64,000 bases of DNA from contig JBIIRM010000004.1 of the NCBI GenBank assembly GCA_044341565.1, positions 8,764 through 72,763 of the forward strand. Reading direction: 5' to 3'. A program made the position numbers and the translations under genes. Below are positions 10,032 to 21,480 of the stretch, piece after piece. The notes under the pieces were generated by a model, which ran no database searches, was not told where the DNA came from, and worked only from the letters and a program-made list of their open reading frames with translations. Position 1 is the stretch's first letter; each line of letters opens with the position of its first letter. This DNA is from Minisyncoccia bacterium (GTDB lineage: Bacteria; Patescibacteriota; Minisyncoccia; SW-4-49-11).

Positions 10032-10484
10032 ATGCTGTACTTTTGGCTTATCCCTATTATTCCTCTGACCGCAGGTCTTATATATGCTGGGTTTGTAAAA
10101 GATATTCTAGAGGAAAAAGGATTATTAAAGTTAGGACTTCAAAGAAGTGAAATTGCTAAAGTCAATATTGTAAGAGGATTTTTATTATTAGGTATTGTAA
10201 TATTCCTTATATTTGCAACAGGTAAAAGTCAGCTTATTATAGGATTTATTGGTATAGTTTTGGGATTTTTGATTATGTTTTTCTCAGAACCGATACATAG
10301 AATTTTAGCAACTGGTGGAGGGAGTAATTCATCTTTTAGAGGAGATGATAAAATTAAATTGGTTGGTATAGTGATTTGTATTTTATCAGCTGGTTGGATG
10401 TCAGGTATTACACAGGGATTATTGTATGGATTTTTGAAAACGGCCAATCTTATTCCATCAAGTGATGTAATAGATTATTATTAG
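10032..10484 (+). CDS. small polytopic membrane protein, hypothetical
   Basis: 150 aa, four hydrophobic segments; last gene of the compact alaS-to-10484 operon. Confidence 0.35.
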   Translation: MLYFWLIPIIPLTAGLIYAGFVKDILEEKGLLKLGLQRSEIAKVNIVRGFLLLGIVIFLIFATGKSQLIIGFIGIVLGFLIMFFSEPIHRILATGGGSNSSFRGDDKIKLVGIVICILSAGWMSGITQGLLYGFLKTANLIPSSDVIDYY

Positions 10485-10539
10485 GGGTAACACAACATAT
10501 TGACCGAGTTGCAAAATCTTGCTATACTATTTTTTAGTT

Positions 10540-10616
10540 GGCCTTGTCGTCTAGTCCGGTCAGGACGCCAGGTTTTCATCCTGGTAACACGGGTTCGAAT
10601 CCCGTCGAGGCTACCA
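10540..10616 (+). tRNA. tRNA-Glu (anticodon UUC), CCA encoded
   Basis: Cloverleaf folded by hand: acceptor GGCCTTG/CGAGGCT, anticodon stem CCAGG/CCTGG, loop TTTTCAT, T-loop GGTTCGAATCC. Confidence 0.8.
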
Positions 10617-10627
10617 ATTACTTTACT

Positions 10628-10700
10628 GCTCCTGTGGTGAAACTGGATATCACTACGGTCTTCGGAACCGTCATTCGGGGTTCGAACCCCTGCGGGAGCA
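10628..10700 (+). tRNA. tRNA-Arg (anticodon UCG)
   Basis: Acceptor GCTCCTG/CGGGAGC, anticodon stem ACGGT/ACCGT with loop CTTCGGA, T-arm CGGGG-TTCGAAC-CCCTG; no CCA encoded. Confidence 0.7.
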
Positions 10701-10857
10701 CAGATTGTAGTAATATGCCATTGAGGCATATTACTCAAGGGGTTCGGTCACAAGTAATTTCCCTAGATTTATTATAAAATATATATTATATTTTAATCAT
10801 AGACATGATAATATGTAAATGTTATTATTGTCTTAGTTTAGAAATTTTTAATTCTAA

Positions 10858-11858
10858 TCATATGCATATAAAAAAATATTAATATGGGTAGTAATACTGC
10901 TGGGTATAACTATTTTATTGGCTGTGATTAATAATAAATCTACTTTGAATTCACCCTCTACAGTTGATACATTAGGTTCAGGAGATCATGACCTCACTTT
11001 TCAATATGATGGTTTAGTAAGGACTTATACAATCCATATACCAACCTCATATGATACCAATACCTTATCGCCTCTTATAATTGCATTACATGGTGGTGAG
11101 GGAACAAGTAAAGGGATGATGGAACTGACACAGCTCAATACTTTATCCAATAGTGAAGGATTTATTGTAATTTATCCAGAAGGGGTTGAGAATAATTGGA
11201 ATGATGGAAGAGATGGCGCAGAAACTAGGTATCGTGCTCACACAGAAAATATTAATGATGTCGGCTTTATATCTGCACTAATTGATTATGCCACAAATAC
11301 ATTCAACGTAGACTCAAATCGTGTTTATGTGACAGGGATGTCAAATGGGGCAATGATGTCTTATCGTCTTGCATGTGAATTATCTACTAAAATAGCTGCA
11401 GTGGCTCCTGTTACCGGTAATATCTCTCAAAATTTTTATCCAGGATGTTTGCCAACACAACCAATTTTAGTATTAGCAATTAATGGGTTGTATGACTCTA
11501 TAATGCCTTATAAAGGAGGGGATATTGTAGGGCCTTTTGGGAATAGGAAATTAGGGAAGGTCTATCGGCCTCTGATACAATTGAATTTTGGGCAAATCAT
11601 AATGGTTGTTCATTATCCCCAATTATTACCCAAGAACCGGATATAGCTCCAGATGATGGGACAACAATACAAAAGAAAGAGTATGGGAATTGTAAGGATG
11701 GATATGAGGTTATTTTATACACTATTGAAGGAGGAGGCCATACTTGGCCCGGAACCAGCGGCAGAAAATACTCAGAAGTAACAAATGGGATAAAAAGTGA
11801 GGACATAGTAGCCACTGATATAATATGGGAATTTTTCAAGCAACATTCAATTAATTAA
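10858..11858 (+). pseudogene. secreted esterase of the PHB-depolymerase/LpqC family, disrupted (frameshift; no in-frame ATG for N-terminal hydrophobic segment)
   Basis: Phase-1 ORF 10918-11646 (GMSNGAMMSY GxSxG motif) then the conserved C-terminus (DTIEFWANHNGCSLSPIITQEPDIAPDDG...EGGGHTWPG) continues in phase 0 from 11547 to TAA 11856-11858; signal-peptide-like segment (KILIWVVILLGITILLAV) upstream of the TTG at 10918 lacks an ATG/GTG/TTG start. Confidence 0.55.
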
Positions 11859-11900
11859 ATCAAGAAAAAGATGATATAATAAATATAATAAATTAACAAT

Positions 11901-13154
11901 ATGAAAAAACTTATCTTATACATAGCAACTATATTGATAGGAGTATTTATTTTTACGCTATTTATTCCTAATATAAGTATAGGAGAAACCCCCACATCTG
12001 CTACAGGAACTAGCAATCCCACAGGATTGGCAGAGGGATTAACTGCATTTCAAAACGCTCCTTCAGGGCTTAATACAGGAGGAACTTTAATTGGATATAT
12101 AGCTAATATCATTAGATGGGTATTAGGGCTTTTGGGTACAGTATTCTTTGTAATAATAGTATTACAAGGATATATCTATATGACTGCAGGAGGAGATTCA
12201 AGCAAAACTGCTTCTGCTATCGGAGCTATTGGTAATGCCGTTATAGGCTTACTAATAATTATGGGGGCTTTCCTTATTACTAATTATGTGACAAGTGCTC
12301 TTATCAATAGTGGAGGAGGAGCTTCTACTTCAACAGGGACGGGAGGGACAGGAGGGACAGGTGCAGGGACTCCCGTAACCAATGACTCTACAGCTTATAA
12401 AACAACAAGGTCTATTAATTATAATGGAGTCAATGTGGATGTTATTATTGATAAACCAAGTATTAATGAAGTGGATGTACTGATTACTTATCATGGGACT
12501 GTAGAAAGCGATGATGCTATATTGACTGCTGCTGACAGAACTCTTACTGAATTTAAAAACCTGCTAGATAGTCAAAATATGATGCTTGTTAGTGTAGCCC
12601 ATCCTCAACAGAATATTCTTTTTGGTGATAATATAAAGCAAGCAGAAGCTGCTTTTCTATGGGTAAAGAATCAAGCAAGTCAAGACTTAGGAATTACAGT
12701 TAACAAAATATTTTTAGCAGGACATTCACAAGGGGGATATTTAGTTACTCGTCTTAACACAATGCATCAAACAAACGGGGTAATTGCAAATGCACCAGGA
12801 CCTTTAGATTTACTTTATAGATGTCGGTTAGAGGAGACTGGACAAGAAAAAGCAAGTTATAGTTGTGATAACTTGAGAAATGAATATGGATCTACATCCG
12901 CAAATCCAAATGCATATTCTCAGAGATCATTATTAAATTATAATGATAGTTTTAAATCAGATATATTGTTTGTACAAGGATTAGCTGATTCAGCGATTCA
13001 GCTGCATTCTTGGCCAACATTTAAAAATGAGATAAGAAATTGTGGTAATTGTATGGCTAGTAAATTTGTTGAAGTACCTGGGGGTAAACATGGGGCAATA
13101 TTTGCGAGTGAAAATGCAAAATCTGAATTGAATAATTTTATATCCAATCATTAA
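11901..13154 (+). CDS. membrane-anchored secreted lipase/esterase (GHSQG serine hydrolase) with VirB2/TrbC-pilin-like N-terminal two-helix module
   Basis: 417 aa; signal anchor, Thr/Pro/Gly-rich linker, hydrophobic hairpin with YIYMTAGGD motif, Gly-rich linker, then alpha/beta-hydrolase with LAGHSQGG nucleophile elbow. Confidence 0.6.
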   Translation: MKKLILYIATILIGVFIFTLFIPNISIGETPTSATGTSNPTGLAEGLTAFQNAPSGLNTGGTLIGYIANIIRWVLGLLGTVFFVIIVLQGYIYMTAGGDSSKTASAIGAIGNAVIGLLIIMGAFLITNYVTSALINSGGGASTSTGTGGTGGTGAGTPVTNDSTAYKTTRSINYNGVNVDVIIDKPSINEVDVLITYHGTVESDDAILTAADRTLTEFKNLLDSQNMMLVSVAHPQQNILFGDNIKQAEAAFLWVKNQASQDLGITVNKIFLAGHSQGGYLVTRLNTMHQTNGVIANAPGPLDLLYRCRLEETGQEKASYSCDNLRNEYGSTSANPNAYSQRSLLNYNDSFKSDILFVQGLADSAIQLHSWPTFKNEIRNCGNCMASKFVEVPGGKHGAIFASENAKSELNNFISNH

Positions 13155-13452
13155 TACTAAACTCTCTTTTTAACAAACATTTTATAAAAATACCATCTCA
13201 GTTATCATAATATCGACGGCTCTAAACGGGTGTGTATAATCCAAGTATTGACTATATTTTATTTTTATAGTATTATTAAAAGAATGGATGAGTGATGACG
13301 CGTGAGACTTTATTGGATTGGCTATCAAATAATGATGATACAGATACATATTGCTTAGTAAAAAAGAGAGTAATGGATTTTCCATTGCTTATTTTATGCG
13401 TTTATAAGTAAGCCCGAATAAGTCCTCATCAAAGCACTATTAGATTAAGTAT

Positions 13453-16400
13453 ATGCATATGGCAAAAAATCAGAGAGTTTTCTTCAAGCCCACTATTGAT
13501 CTCGAATTACCAAATCTTATAGAGCCACAATTAGCTTCATATAAATGGTTTTTACAAGAGGGGCTTCGCGACCTTTTTGAAGAGCATTATCCAGTACTTG
13601 ACTGGACAGGTACTGAATATCGATTAGAATTTGTAGGATATCGATTGGATGAGCCAAAACTTTCTGAAGTACAATCTCGTGTAAAGAATATCACTTTTGA
13701 AGCTCCACTTAGAGCTAAAATTACTCTGATTAATAATACAACGAATAAAAAAGTTACTCAAGAAGTTTTTCTAGGAGATGTTCCTTTGATGACTGAGAGA
13801 GGAACCTTTATTATTAATGGTACAGAGCGAGTTATTATTGCTCAAATTTTGCGTTCACCTGGAGTATTCTTTACGGAGAATATTTCTCGAGATAAGAGAT
13901 ATTTTGGGGCTAAGCTTATTCCGACTCGTGGAGCTTGGATTGAAATTGAAACCGATGGAGCTGGAGTAATGTGGGTAAAAATTGACCGTAAGCGTAAAGT
14001 TGCTCTTACTTCTCTTTTACGTGCCTTTGGTCTTGGGAAAGATAATGATCTTATCTCAACTTTTGCTGATGTTGATACAGGTAAAATAAAATTTATCAAA
14101 GAAACTATTACAAAAGATGGTGCTCGTGATCAAAAGTCAGGATTTGTAGAAGTGTATCGAAGAATTCGACCAGGAGATTTAGCTACAGATGATAATGCGA
14201 AGCAATTGATTGAAGGTATGTTCTTTAATTTTAGTCGTTATGATCTTGGTAAGGTTGGACGATATAAAGTGAATAATCGAATAGGTGTTGATTTAACTGA
14301 AGATCCAAAGCATAGAATTTTACAAATTGATGATTTTATTAAAATCGTAAAAGAAATTATTCGTCTTAATAATGACCCACAGGCTATGCCTGATGATATT
14401 GATAATCTGAGCAATCGACGTATTCGATTAATTGGAGAATTAGTACAAGAACGAGCTCGAGTTGGATTTGCTCGAATGGAGAAAATTGTAAAAGATAGAA
14501 TGAGTACTGCAGATCCACAAACTATTACCCCTACTAGTGTAATTAATGCACGCCCTCTTGTTGCTGCTATTCATGAATTCTTCTCTTCAAGTCAATTGTC
14601 TCAATACATGGATCAGATTAATACCTTATCAGAATTAGAGCATAAGCGAAGAGTATCTGCTTTGGGACCAAATGGACTTGCTCGAGACCGAGCTGGATTC
14701 GAGGTTCGAGATGTGCATCCTACCCATTTCGGGCGTATTTGTCCTATTGCTACACCGGAAGGACCTAATATTGGACTTATTGGTCAATTAGCTACCTATG
14801 CACATATTAATGAATATGGATTCTTAGAAACTCCATTCAGAAAAGTAGTAAAAGGAAAAGTTACTGATGAAGTTATATTCTTTGATGCAGCTGAGGAGAA
14901 AAAATATATTATTGCCTCCGCAGTAGTAGACTTGGATGATAAGGGTCTTATTATCAATGATCGTGTTATTGCACGTAAAGATAGTAATGTGATTATTGTT
15001 GAGCGAGATGAAATTGAATTTATCAATGTATCCCCAAAACAATTAATTTCTGTATCTACATCTCTTATTCCATTTGTGGAGCATAATGACTCAGCTCGAG
15101 CCTTGATGGGTTCAAACATGCAGAAGCAGGGAGTTCCTTCTATTAAAAGTGACTCTCCAATTGTAGGAACTGGTATGGAGCGAGAAGCTGCTCGATATAG
15201 TGGTCAAATTATTGTAGCGCCAGAAGACGGAAATATTATTGAAGCTGATGCTGCACATATTCTCTTTGAAGCAACTAAATCAAAGAAGAGAACTTTATTT
15301 GAATTGACCAAATTCTTAAAATCTAATGCATATACCAGTGTTAATCAAAAAATCCGATGTATTCCTGGACAAAAAGTAAAAAGAGGTGATCTTCTTGCTG
15401 ATGGTTCATCTATGCAAAATGGAGAATTAGCTCTTGGGCAAAACTTAAGAGTAGGATTTATGTCCTATGAGGGGAATAACTTTGAGGATGCTATTATTCT
15501 CTCAGACCGCCTTGTAAAAGAAGATGTATTTACCTCAGTACATATTGAAGATTTCTCAGTAGATGTATCAGATACAAGACTGGGAGAAGAGCAAGTTACT
15601 CGAGATATTCCTAATGTTTCAGAAGAGAGACTCCAAGATTTAGATGCTGAAGGTATTGTAAGAATTGGAGCAACGGTAAAGCCAGGAAGTATTCTTGTTG
15701 GAAAAATTAGTCCTAAGGGAGAAACTGATTTAACAGCAGAAGAGCGATTACTCCGAGTAATTTTTGGTGAAAAATCTCGAGAAGTAAAAGATTCTTCTCT
15801 TAAGATGCCAAATGGTCATCAAGGAAAAGTTGTTGAAGTAAGAATATTTACTCGAGCAAATGGAGATAAACTTCCTAGTGGAGTTATCAAGAGAGTTCAA
15901 GTAAGTATAGCTCATCTCAGAAAAGTAAGTGTTGGAGATAAATTAGCAGGACGACATGGAAATAAGGGAGTTATTGCAAAAATTCTTCCACAAGAAGATA
16001 TGCCCTTCTCAGCTGATGGAACTTCACTTGATATTTTGTTAACACCACTTGGTATTGCATCTCGTATGAATCTTGGTCAAGTATATGAAACTCATCTTGG
16101 ACTTGCAGTATCTGCTTTAGGACTCAAAGTTGCAAGCCCTGCTCTTGATGGAGTTAGTCTTGATAAGATTAAAGAATTACTTCGAGAAGCAAATCTTCCT
16201 GAAGATGGAAAAATTCAATTATTTGATGGAAAAACTGGAGATGCTTATCTTGAAAAGACTACAGTTGGAGTTATGTATGTGATGAAATTAAACCATTTAA
16301 TTGAAGATAAGCTTCATATGCGATCCACTGGTCCTTATTCTCTTATTACACAGCAACCTCTAGGAGGAAAAGCTCAAATGGGAGGACAGAGACTGGGAGA

Positions 16401-16641
16401 AATGGAAGTATGGGCATTCGAAGGATATGGGGCTTCTCATATGCTTCAAGAAATGTTGACCATTAAATCTGATGATGTGATTGGACGATCTCGTGCCTAT
16501 GAGTCAATCATTAAGGGAGAAAAAATTCAAGCTCCGTATATTCCTTCATCATTCCATGTATTGGTAAATGAATTAAAGGGACTTGGAATTAATGTTGCTC
16601 TCAAGAATGCCAAGACAATAGTTGAGTCAGACGAAGAATAA
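13453..16641 (+). CDS. rpoB: DNA-directed RNA polymerase subunit beta
   Basis: 1062 aa; conserved beta motifs (GDKLAGRHGNKGV, SNMQKQGVP, PEGPNIGLI). Confidence 0.95.
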   Translation: MHMAKNQRVFFKPTIDLELPNLIEPQLASYKWFLQEGLRDLFEEHYPVLDWTGTEYRLEFVGYRLDEPKLSEVQSRVKNITFEAPLRAKITLINNTTNKKVTQEVFLGDVPLMTERGTFIINGTERVIIAQILRSPGVFFTENISRDKRYFGAKLIPTRGAWIEIETDGAGVMWVKIDRKRKVALTSLLRAFGLGKDNDLISTFADVDTGKIKFIKETITKDGARDQKSGFVEVYRRIRPGDLATDDNAKQLIEGMFFNFSRYDLGKVGRYKVNNRIGVDLTEDPKHRILQIDDFIKIVKEIIRLNNDPQAMPDDIDNLSNRRIRLIGELVQERARVGFARMEKIVKDRMSTADPQTITPTSVINARPLVAAIHEFFSSSQLSQYMDQINTLSELEHKRRVSALGPNGLARDRAGFEVRDVHPTHFGRICPIATPEGPNIGLIGQLATYAHINEYGFLETPFRKVVKGKVTDEVIFFDAAEEKKYIIASAVVDLDDKGLIINDRVIARKDSNVIIVERDEIEFINVSPKQLISVSTSLIPFVEHNDSARALMGSNMQKQGVPSIKSDSPIVGTGMEREAARYSGQIIVAPEDGNIIEADAAHILFEATKSKKRTLFELTKFLKSNAYTSVNQKIRCIPGQKVKRGDLLADGSSMQNGELALGQNLRVGFMSYEGNNFEDAIILSDRLVKEDVFTSVHIEDFSVDVSDTRLGEEQVTRDIPNVSEERLQDLDAEGIVRIGATVKPGSILVGKISPKGETDLTAEERLLRVIFGEKSREVKDSSLKMPNGHQGKVVEVRIFTRANGDKLPSGVIKRVQVSIAHLRKVSVGDKLAGRHGNKGVIAKILPQEDMPFSADGTSLDILLTPLGIASRMNLGQVYETHLGLAVSALGLKVASPALDGVSLDKIKELLREANLPEDGKIQLFDGKTGDAYLEKTTVGVMYVMKLNHLIEDKLHMRSTGPYSLITQQPLGGKAQMGGQRLGEMEVWAFEGYGASHMLQEMLTIKSDDVIGRSRAYESIIKGEKIQAPYIPSSFHVLVNELKGLGINVALKNAKTIVESDEE

Positions 16642-16664
16642 TCATCATTTAATACGATATCTCT

Positions 16665-19600
16665 ATGAATAATCAAATCACCCCAAACAATGAGAAAGAG
16701 ACTATATCTATGAATGTAGTTGACTTCGATTCTATACAATTAACCCTGGCTTCTCCTGAAGATATTCTTGCATGGTCATCTGGAGAGGTTACAAAACCTG
16801 AAACTATTAATTATCGAACTCAGAAAGCTGAGAAAGATGGTTTGTTTTCAGAAAAAATCTTCGGACCAGTAAGAGATTATGAATGTTCTTGTGGAAAATA
16901 TCGACGAATTCGATATAAGGGAATTATTTGTGACAAATGTGGAGTTGAAGTTACCAAATCTTCAGTTCGAAGAGAGAGAATGGCTCATATTGAACTTGCT
17001 ATTCCCGTTGCTCATATTTGGTTTTTACGAAATATTCCAAGCCGAATTGCTTTAATCTTAAATCAAACATTATCTGATGTTGAAAAGGTAGTGTATTATT
17101 CTAGCTATATCATTACCGAAGTTGATGAGAATCTAAAAAAAGATTATATCAAACAAGTTGAAGCAGAATATAAGCATAAGCTTAATGATTTAGGTACTGG
17201 TGGTAATGATAGTGATCAAGCTCTTCAAGAATTACTGGACTCCAAGCAACAGAATTTAGATTTTCTTGCTACTCTTGAGAAATGGAATATTATTTCAGAA
17301 ATTGATTATCGATTGATGTCAATGAAATTTGCTCCTGTATTCAAGGCTGAGACAGGTTCTGCAGTACTTCGTACTATTTTTGCTGGAATTGACCTTGAGA
17401 CTGAGCTTAAGAATTTAGACAAAGAATTAGAAGTTGCTGATGGTATCAAAGCTCAGAAAATTATCAAGAAAATCCGATTCTTAGGAGGATTACATCAAGC
17501 TCATGTTCGACCTGAGTGGATGTTCCTTACCCATCTTCCTGTTATCCCACCAGATCTAAGGCCAATGGTGGCTCTTGATGGAGGACGATTTGCAACTTCA
17601 GATCTTAATGATTTGTATCGACGTGTAATTAATCGAAATAATCGATTAAAGAAATTAATGGCACAAAGAGCTCCTGAAGTAATTGTACGAAATGAAAAGA
17701 GAATGTTGCAAGAAGCAGTAGATGCCCTTATTGATAATTCAATGCGAAAGGGTCAATCGACTACAGTGGCTTCAACAGGACAAAAGAGAGTATTGAAATC
17801 TCTTGCGGATTCTCTTAAAGGAAAGCAGGGACGATTCCGACAAAATCTTCTTGGAAAGCGTGTAGATTATTCTGCTCGATCAGTAATTGTGGTAGGACCT
17901 AATCTTAAGATTAATGAATGTGGAATTCCAAAAACAATGGCTCTTGAATTATTCAAACCATTTATCATTAATCGATTAATAGAGGATGAATATGCTCATA
18001 ATATTCGAAGTGCTACACGATTAATAGAGCAAGGATTAGATGTTGTTTGGGATATTCTTGATGATGTTATTGAACATCGATATGTATTATTGAACCGAGC
18101 ACCTACCTTACATAGATTAAGTATTCAAGCTTTCAAACCAGTTTTGATTGAAGGGAAAGCTATTCAATTAAATCCTATGGTATGTAGCCCATTTAATGCT
18201 GATTTCGATGGAGATCAAATGGCAGTACATGTACCTCTATCTGAGGAAGCTGTACGTGAAGCAGGAGAATTAATGATATCTGATCATAACTTGATTAAAC
18301 CTTCAGATGGAAGTCCTTCTTCAGCACCATCACAAGATATGGTATTGGGAATTTATTATACTACTGTTGCTGATGAGAGTGATAAACCTGTTCAAGTATT
18401 CAGAAACTTTGATGAGGCTGTAACTGCTTATGATCATAAGCAAATTACGCTAAGAGAATTGGTAGAAATTCGCAATGAATCAAAAGTTGGAAATACTCCA
18501 ATTAAGACCACAGTTGGACGAATTTCATTTAATGAAATATTGCCAGAAGGATTTGAATATGTAAATGAAGTAGTTGGGAAAAAACAGCTTAAGAATCTCT
18601 TGAATAAAGCTTTATATGAATTTACTCAACCACAAGTAGGGGAATTCTTAGATAGAATTAAGAAATTTGGATTTGCTGAAATGACTCGATCAGGATTATC
18701 TTGGGCTATTAGTGACTTCACTGTGTCTGATAAAAAAGATAAGCTTATTACCAATGCACAAAATAGTGTTGAGGAAGTAACCAATCAATTCGAAGATGGA
18801 TTATTGACTGAAAAAGAACGATATGCTCAAATTGTAGATGTATGGAGCAAGGCTTCTATCGAAATTGGAGCATTAGTACGATCAGAAGTTGATGTAAAAG
18901 GACCGGTATTCTCTATGATTGACTCTGGAGCTCGAGGATCTTGGGGACAATTAAATCAGATGGCAGGAATGAAAGGACTAGTGGTATCTCCATCAGGAAA
19001 AATTATTGAAACTCCAATTACATCCAGTTTCCTCAAGGGTCTTACTGAATTAGAATATTTCATTTCTACTCATGGAGCTCGAAAAGGACTGGTAGATACT
19101 GCTTTGAAAACAGCTACATCTGGATATCTTACTCGACGATTAGTTGATGTAAATCAAGATATTGTGGTTAAAGAAGCTGATTGTGGAGATACAACTGGAT
19201 TGGTATTATCTCGACTTGATGCTGAAGAAGCAGGGGATAGCTTTACTAATTTCATATTCGGACGAAAAACCGTTGATGATATTGTAAATCCCGAGACTAA
19301 GAAGACAATTGTAAAGGCAGGAGAATTCATTACTCATGCAGAAGCTGAGACTATTGATTCACTTGGTATTGATAATGTAAGAATTCGAAGCTTGGTAAGT
19401 TGTAAAACCATTCGAGGAGTATGTCAATCTTGTTATGGAATTGACCTCGGGCGTAATGCAATTGTAAAAATTGGAGAAGCAGTAGGAATTGTTACTGCTC
19501 AAGCTATTGGAGAACCTGCAACACAGTTAACTATGCGTACTTTCCATCAAGGAGGTTCAGCTGGAGCTGCCGATGTAACTAAGGGACTTCCACGAGTAGA

Positions 19601-20300
19601 AGAAGTATTCGAAGCCCGTAATCCAAAAACTCAAGCTATGATGTCAACTGTGGCAGGAACTGTAGTAGATGTGATTGAAACAGCTGGAGAAATTCGAATT
19701 AAGATTAAGACCAATGAGGCTAAAGAAGCTAAAAAGTCAAAAGCTGATATCAAGGAACTTGTTGCTGACCCTGTAGTAGATATTGTACTTGTTAAAGTAG
19801 GTGATAGTATTGAAGTAGGACAACCAATTACAGAGGGACATCTTGATCTTGAAAAACTCTATAAGCATGCAGGTATTGATACCTTAACTCGATATATAAT
19901 TCAGCAAATTCTTGAAATTTATAATTCTCAAGGAGCTGGAATTGCTATCAAACATGTTGAGATGATTGTAAGGCAAATGACTTCACGTTATATGGTGACG
20001 GAACCAGGAAAATCTACTTACTTAAAGGGACAAACCATTACTCGTGATCAACTTCTTGAATTCAATCGATTCACTGAGAGTAAAGATGATTTAATACAAG
20101 TAGATCCACTATTACAAGGTATTACTAAAGTTGCTCTTAATACTGAGAGTTTCTTATCAGCTGCATCTTTCCAAAATACCACCAAGGTATTAATTGATGC
20201 TGCCTTATTCGGAAAAGAAGATCACTTGAGAGGACTGAAAGAAAATGTCATTATTGGAAGACTTATACCAGCTGGAACTGGATTTGAATCCGAGAGATAG
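16665..20300 (+). CDS. rpoC: DNA-directed RNA polymerase subunit beta'
   Basis: 1211 aa; zinc-binding CSCGKY...CDKCG, catalytic [14 protein letters not shown]. Confidence 0.95.
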   Translation: MNNQITPNNEKETISMNVVDFDSIQLTLASPEDILAWSSGEVTKPETINYRTQKAEKDGLFSEKIFGPVRDYECSCGKYRRIRYKGIICDKCGVEVTKSSVRRERMAHIELAIPVAHIWFLRNIPSRIALILNQTLSDVEKVVYYSSYIITEVDENLKKDYIKQVEAEYKHKLNDLGTGGNDSDQALQELLDSKQQNLDFLATLEKWNIISEIDYRLMSMKFAPVFKAETGSAVLRTIFAGIDLETELKNLDKELEVADGIKAQKIIKKIRFLGGLHQAHVRPEWMFLTHLPVIPPDLRPMVALDGGRFATSDLNDLYRRVINRNNRLKKLMAQRAPEVIVRNEKRMLQEAVDALIDNSMRKGQSTTVASTGQKRVLKSLADSLKGKQGRFRQNLLGKRVDYSARSVIVVGPNLKINECGIPKTMALELFKPFIINRLIEDEYAHNIRSATRLIEQGLDVVWDILDDVIEHRYVLLNRAPTLHRLSIQAFKPVLIEGKAIQLNPMVCSPFNADFDGDQMAVHVPLSEEAVREAGELMISDHNLIKPSDGSPSSAPSQDMVLGIYYTTVADESDKPVQVFRNFDEAVTAYDHKQITLRELVEIRNESKVGNTPIKTTVGRISFNEILPEGFEYVNEVVGKKQLKNLLNKALYEFTQPQVGEFLDRIKKFGFAEMTRSGLSWAISDFTVSDKKDKLITNAQNSVEEVTNQFEDGLLTEKERYAQIVDVWSKASIEIGALVRSEVDVKGPVFSMIDSGARGSWGQLNQMAGMKGLVVSPSGKIIETPITSSFLKGLTELEYFISTHGARKGLVDTALKTATSGYLTRRLVDVNQDIVVKEADCGDTTGLVLSRLDAEEAGDSFTNFIFGRKTVDDIVNPETKKTIVKAGEFITHAEAETIDSLGIDNVRIRSLVSCKTIRGVCQSCYGIDLGRNAIVKIGEAVGIVTAQAIGEPATQLTMRTFHQGGSAGAADVTKGLPRVEEVFEARNPKTQAMMSTVAGTVVDVIETAGEIRIKIKTNEAKEAKKSKADIKELVADPVVDIVLVKVGDSIEVGQPITEGHLDLEKLYKHAGIDTLTRYIIQQILEIYNSQGAGIAIKHVEMIVRQMTSRYMVTEPGKSTYLKGQTITRDQLLEFNRFTESKDDLIQVDPLLQGITKVALNTESFLSAASFQNTTKVLIDAALFGKEDHLRGLKENVIIGRLIPAGTGFESER

Positions 20301-20363
20301 TCTTTGCAGAATATGTTTTCTGATGTATACTAATACTATACATATCATTAAAATAAAAAGAGT

Positions 20364-21125
20364 ATGAATCGAAAAGCCATTATTATTTGGGGGATTGTAG
20401 GGTTAATAGCCATTATTGGTATTATATTAACCTATATTCTTCTACGTAATAATGGTTCTTCTGATACTGTAAATACTGGGAATCAGGACAATATAACCAA
20501 TAGTAATACAGACGAAAATACTGTATTACCAAATGAATCTGAGATTGAATCAATTGAGGGAAGACAGGGTAGTGGTGATTATTATTATTGGTCTATTATG
20601 CCAACCAAATTACAATCTCAATTGAGAAATCCTCGAGAATCTGGACTTTTAGATTATTTTTATTCTCAAGATTTAGGGATAGCGTTTTCTTATGAAGTGA
20701 TTGCTATAGGGTCAGACAAATATGTTACTGTATCTCCTGAAGCTAATACGATATATTTACATATTTTTGAAACTCCAAAAGACTCAGGGCAATCAATAGA
20801 AATTATTACGATAGATTCAGATAAGAGATTTAATAGTATTCTAGATATTATTAGTACTCAATTATTGACCCCAGCACAGAATACAAATTGTCAAATAATA
20901 GAAAAAGATGCCAAATATAGCATTATAGCTAAAGATAGTAATGTAAAAGATTCAACAGTAATTTGTGGTAAATATGCTAAAGGGAATAATAGATTCTTCA
21001 TTAAGCCGCAAGAAGAGGGGACTGCAACCAATAAATTAGTATTTGTATCAGCTGGGGATAAAGAGCTCACTTATGATGGTACTGGGGATGGTAAATTTTG
21101 GTATCAGTCTGTAGTTGTAGAATAA
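20364..21125 (+). CDS. N-terminally anchored hypothetical protein
   Basis: 253 aa; single N-terminal TM (AIIIWGIVGLIAIIGIILTYILL), Asn/Ser/Thr-rich start. Confidence 0.4.
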   Translation: MNRKAIIIWGIVGLIAIIGIILTYILLRNNGSSDTVNTGNQDNITNSNTDENTVLPNESEIESIEGRQGSGDYYYWSIMPTKLQSQLRNPRESGLLDYFYSQDLGIAFSYEVIAIGSDKYVTVSPEANTIYLHIFETPKDSGQSIEIITIDSDKRFNSILDIISTQLLTPAQNTNCQIIEKDAKYSIIAKDSNVKDSTVICGKYAKGNNRFFIKPQEEGTATNKLVFVSAGDKELTYDGTGDGKFWYQSVVVE

Positions 21126-21172
21126 TCTTTGACAAAAACACTATTCTAGTATATAATTCTACAAGACTGTGC

Positions 21173-21245
21173 GCCGATATAGCTCAGTTGGTAGAGCGCA
21201 CCCATGGTAAGGGTGAGGTCATCAGTTCAATCCTGATTATCGGCT
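21173..21245 (+). tRNA. tRNA-Thr (anticodon GGU)
   Basis: Acceptor GCCGATA/TATCGGC, D-arm GCTCAGTTGGTAGAGC, anticodon stem CACCC/GGGTG loop ATGGTAA, T-arm ATCAG-TTCAATC-CTGAT. Confidence 0.8.
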
Positions 21246-21270
21246 CCCTAAATTATATAATGATATTACT

Positions 21271-21429
21271 ATGAGTCAAGATAATTTAATCAAATTACAA
21301 TGTACAGAAACTGGTAGAATCGGTTATTATACGCGTAAGAATAAGAAGAAAAATACTGAGAAATTAGAGTTAAAGAAATTTAATCCTGATTTACGTCGAC
21401 ATACTCTTCATCGAGAAATGAAGAAATAA
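21271..21429 (+). CDS. rpmG: 50S ribosomal protein L33
   Basis: 52-aa ORF not in track; ...KLQCTETGRIGYYTRKNKKKNTEKLELKKFNPDLRRHTLHRE matches L33 consensus (KNK..P.KLELKK.D/NP..R.H). Confidence 0.75.
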   Translation: MSQDNLIKLQCTETGRIGYYTRKNKKKNTEKLELKKFNPDLRRHTLHREMKK

Positions 21430-21447
21430 TATACCTAGATTTTTAAT

Positions 21448-21480
21448 AAAAATGAGCCTAATAAGCTCCTTTTTATTTTT
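21448..21480. terminator. possible rho-independent terminator between convergent rpmG and fur
   Basis: AAAAAT-GAGC-ctaataa-GCTC-CTTTTTATTTTT; short 4-bp stem, flanked by A- and T-runs; overlaps fur stop codon. Confidence 0.3.

Noticed and set aside
10481-10777. Track ORFs 10481-10738(-) and 10538-10777(+)
   Set aside because: Both lie across tRNA-Glu and tRNA-Arg, which fold into canonical cloverleaves; the ORFs are artefacts of GC-rich tRNA sequence
13182-13385. Track ORF 13182-13385(-), 67 aa, upstream of rpoB
   Set aside because: AT-rich leader region, no RBS or motif; more likely rpoB promoter/leader sequence
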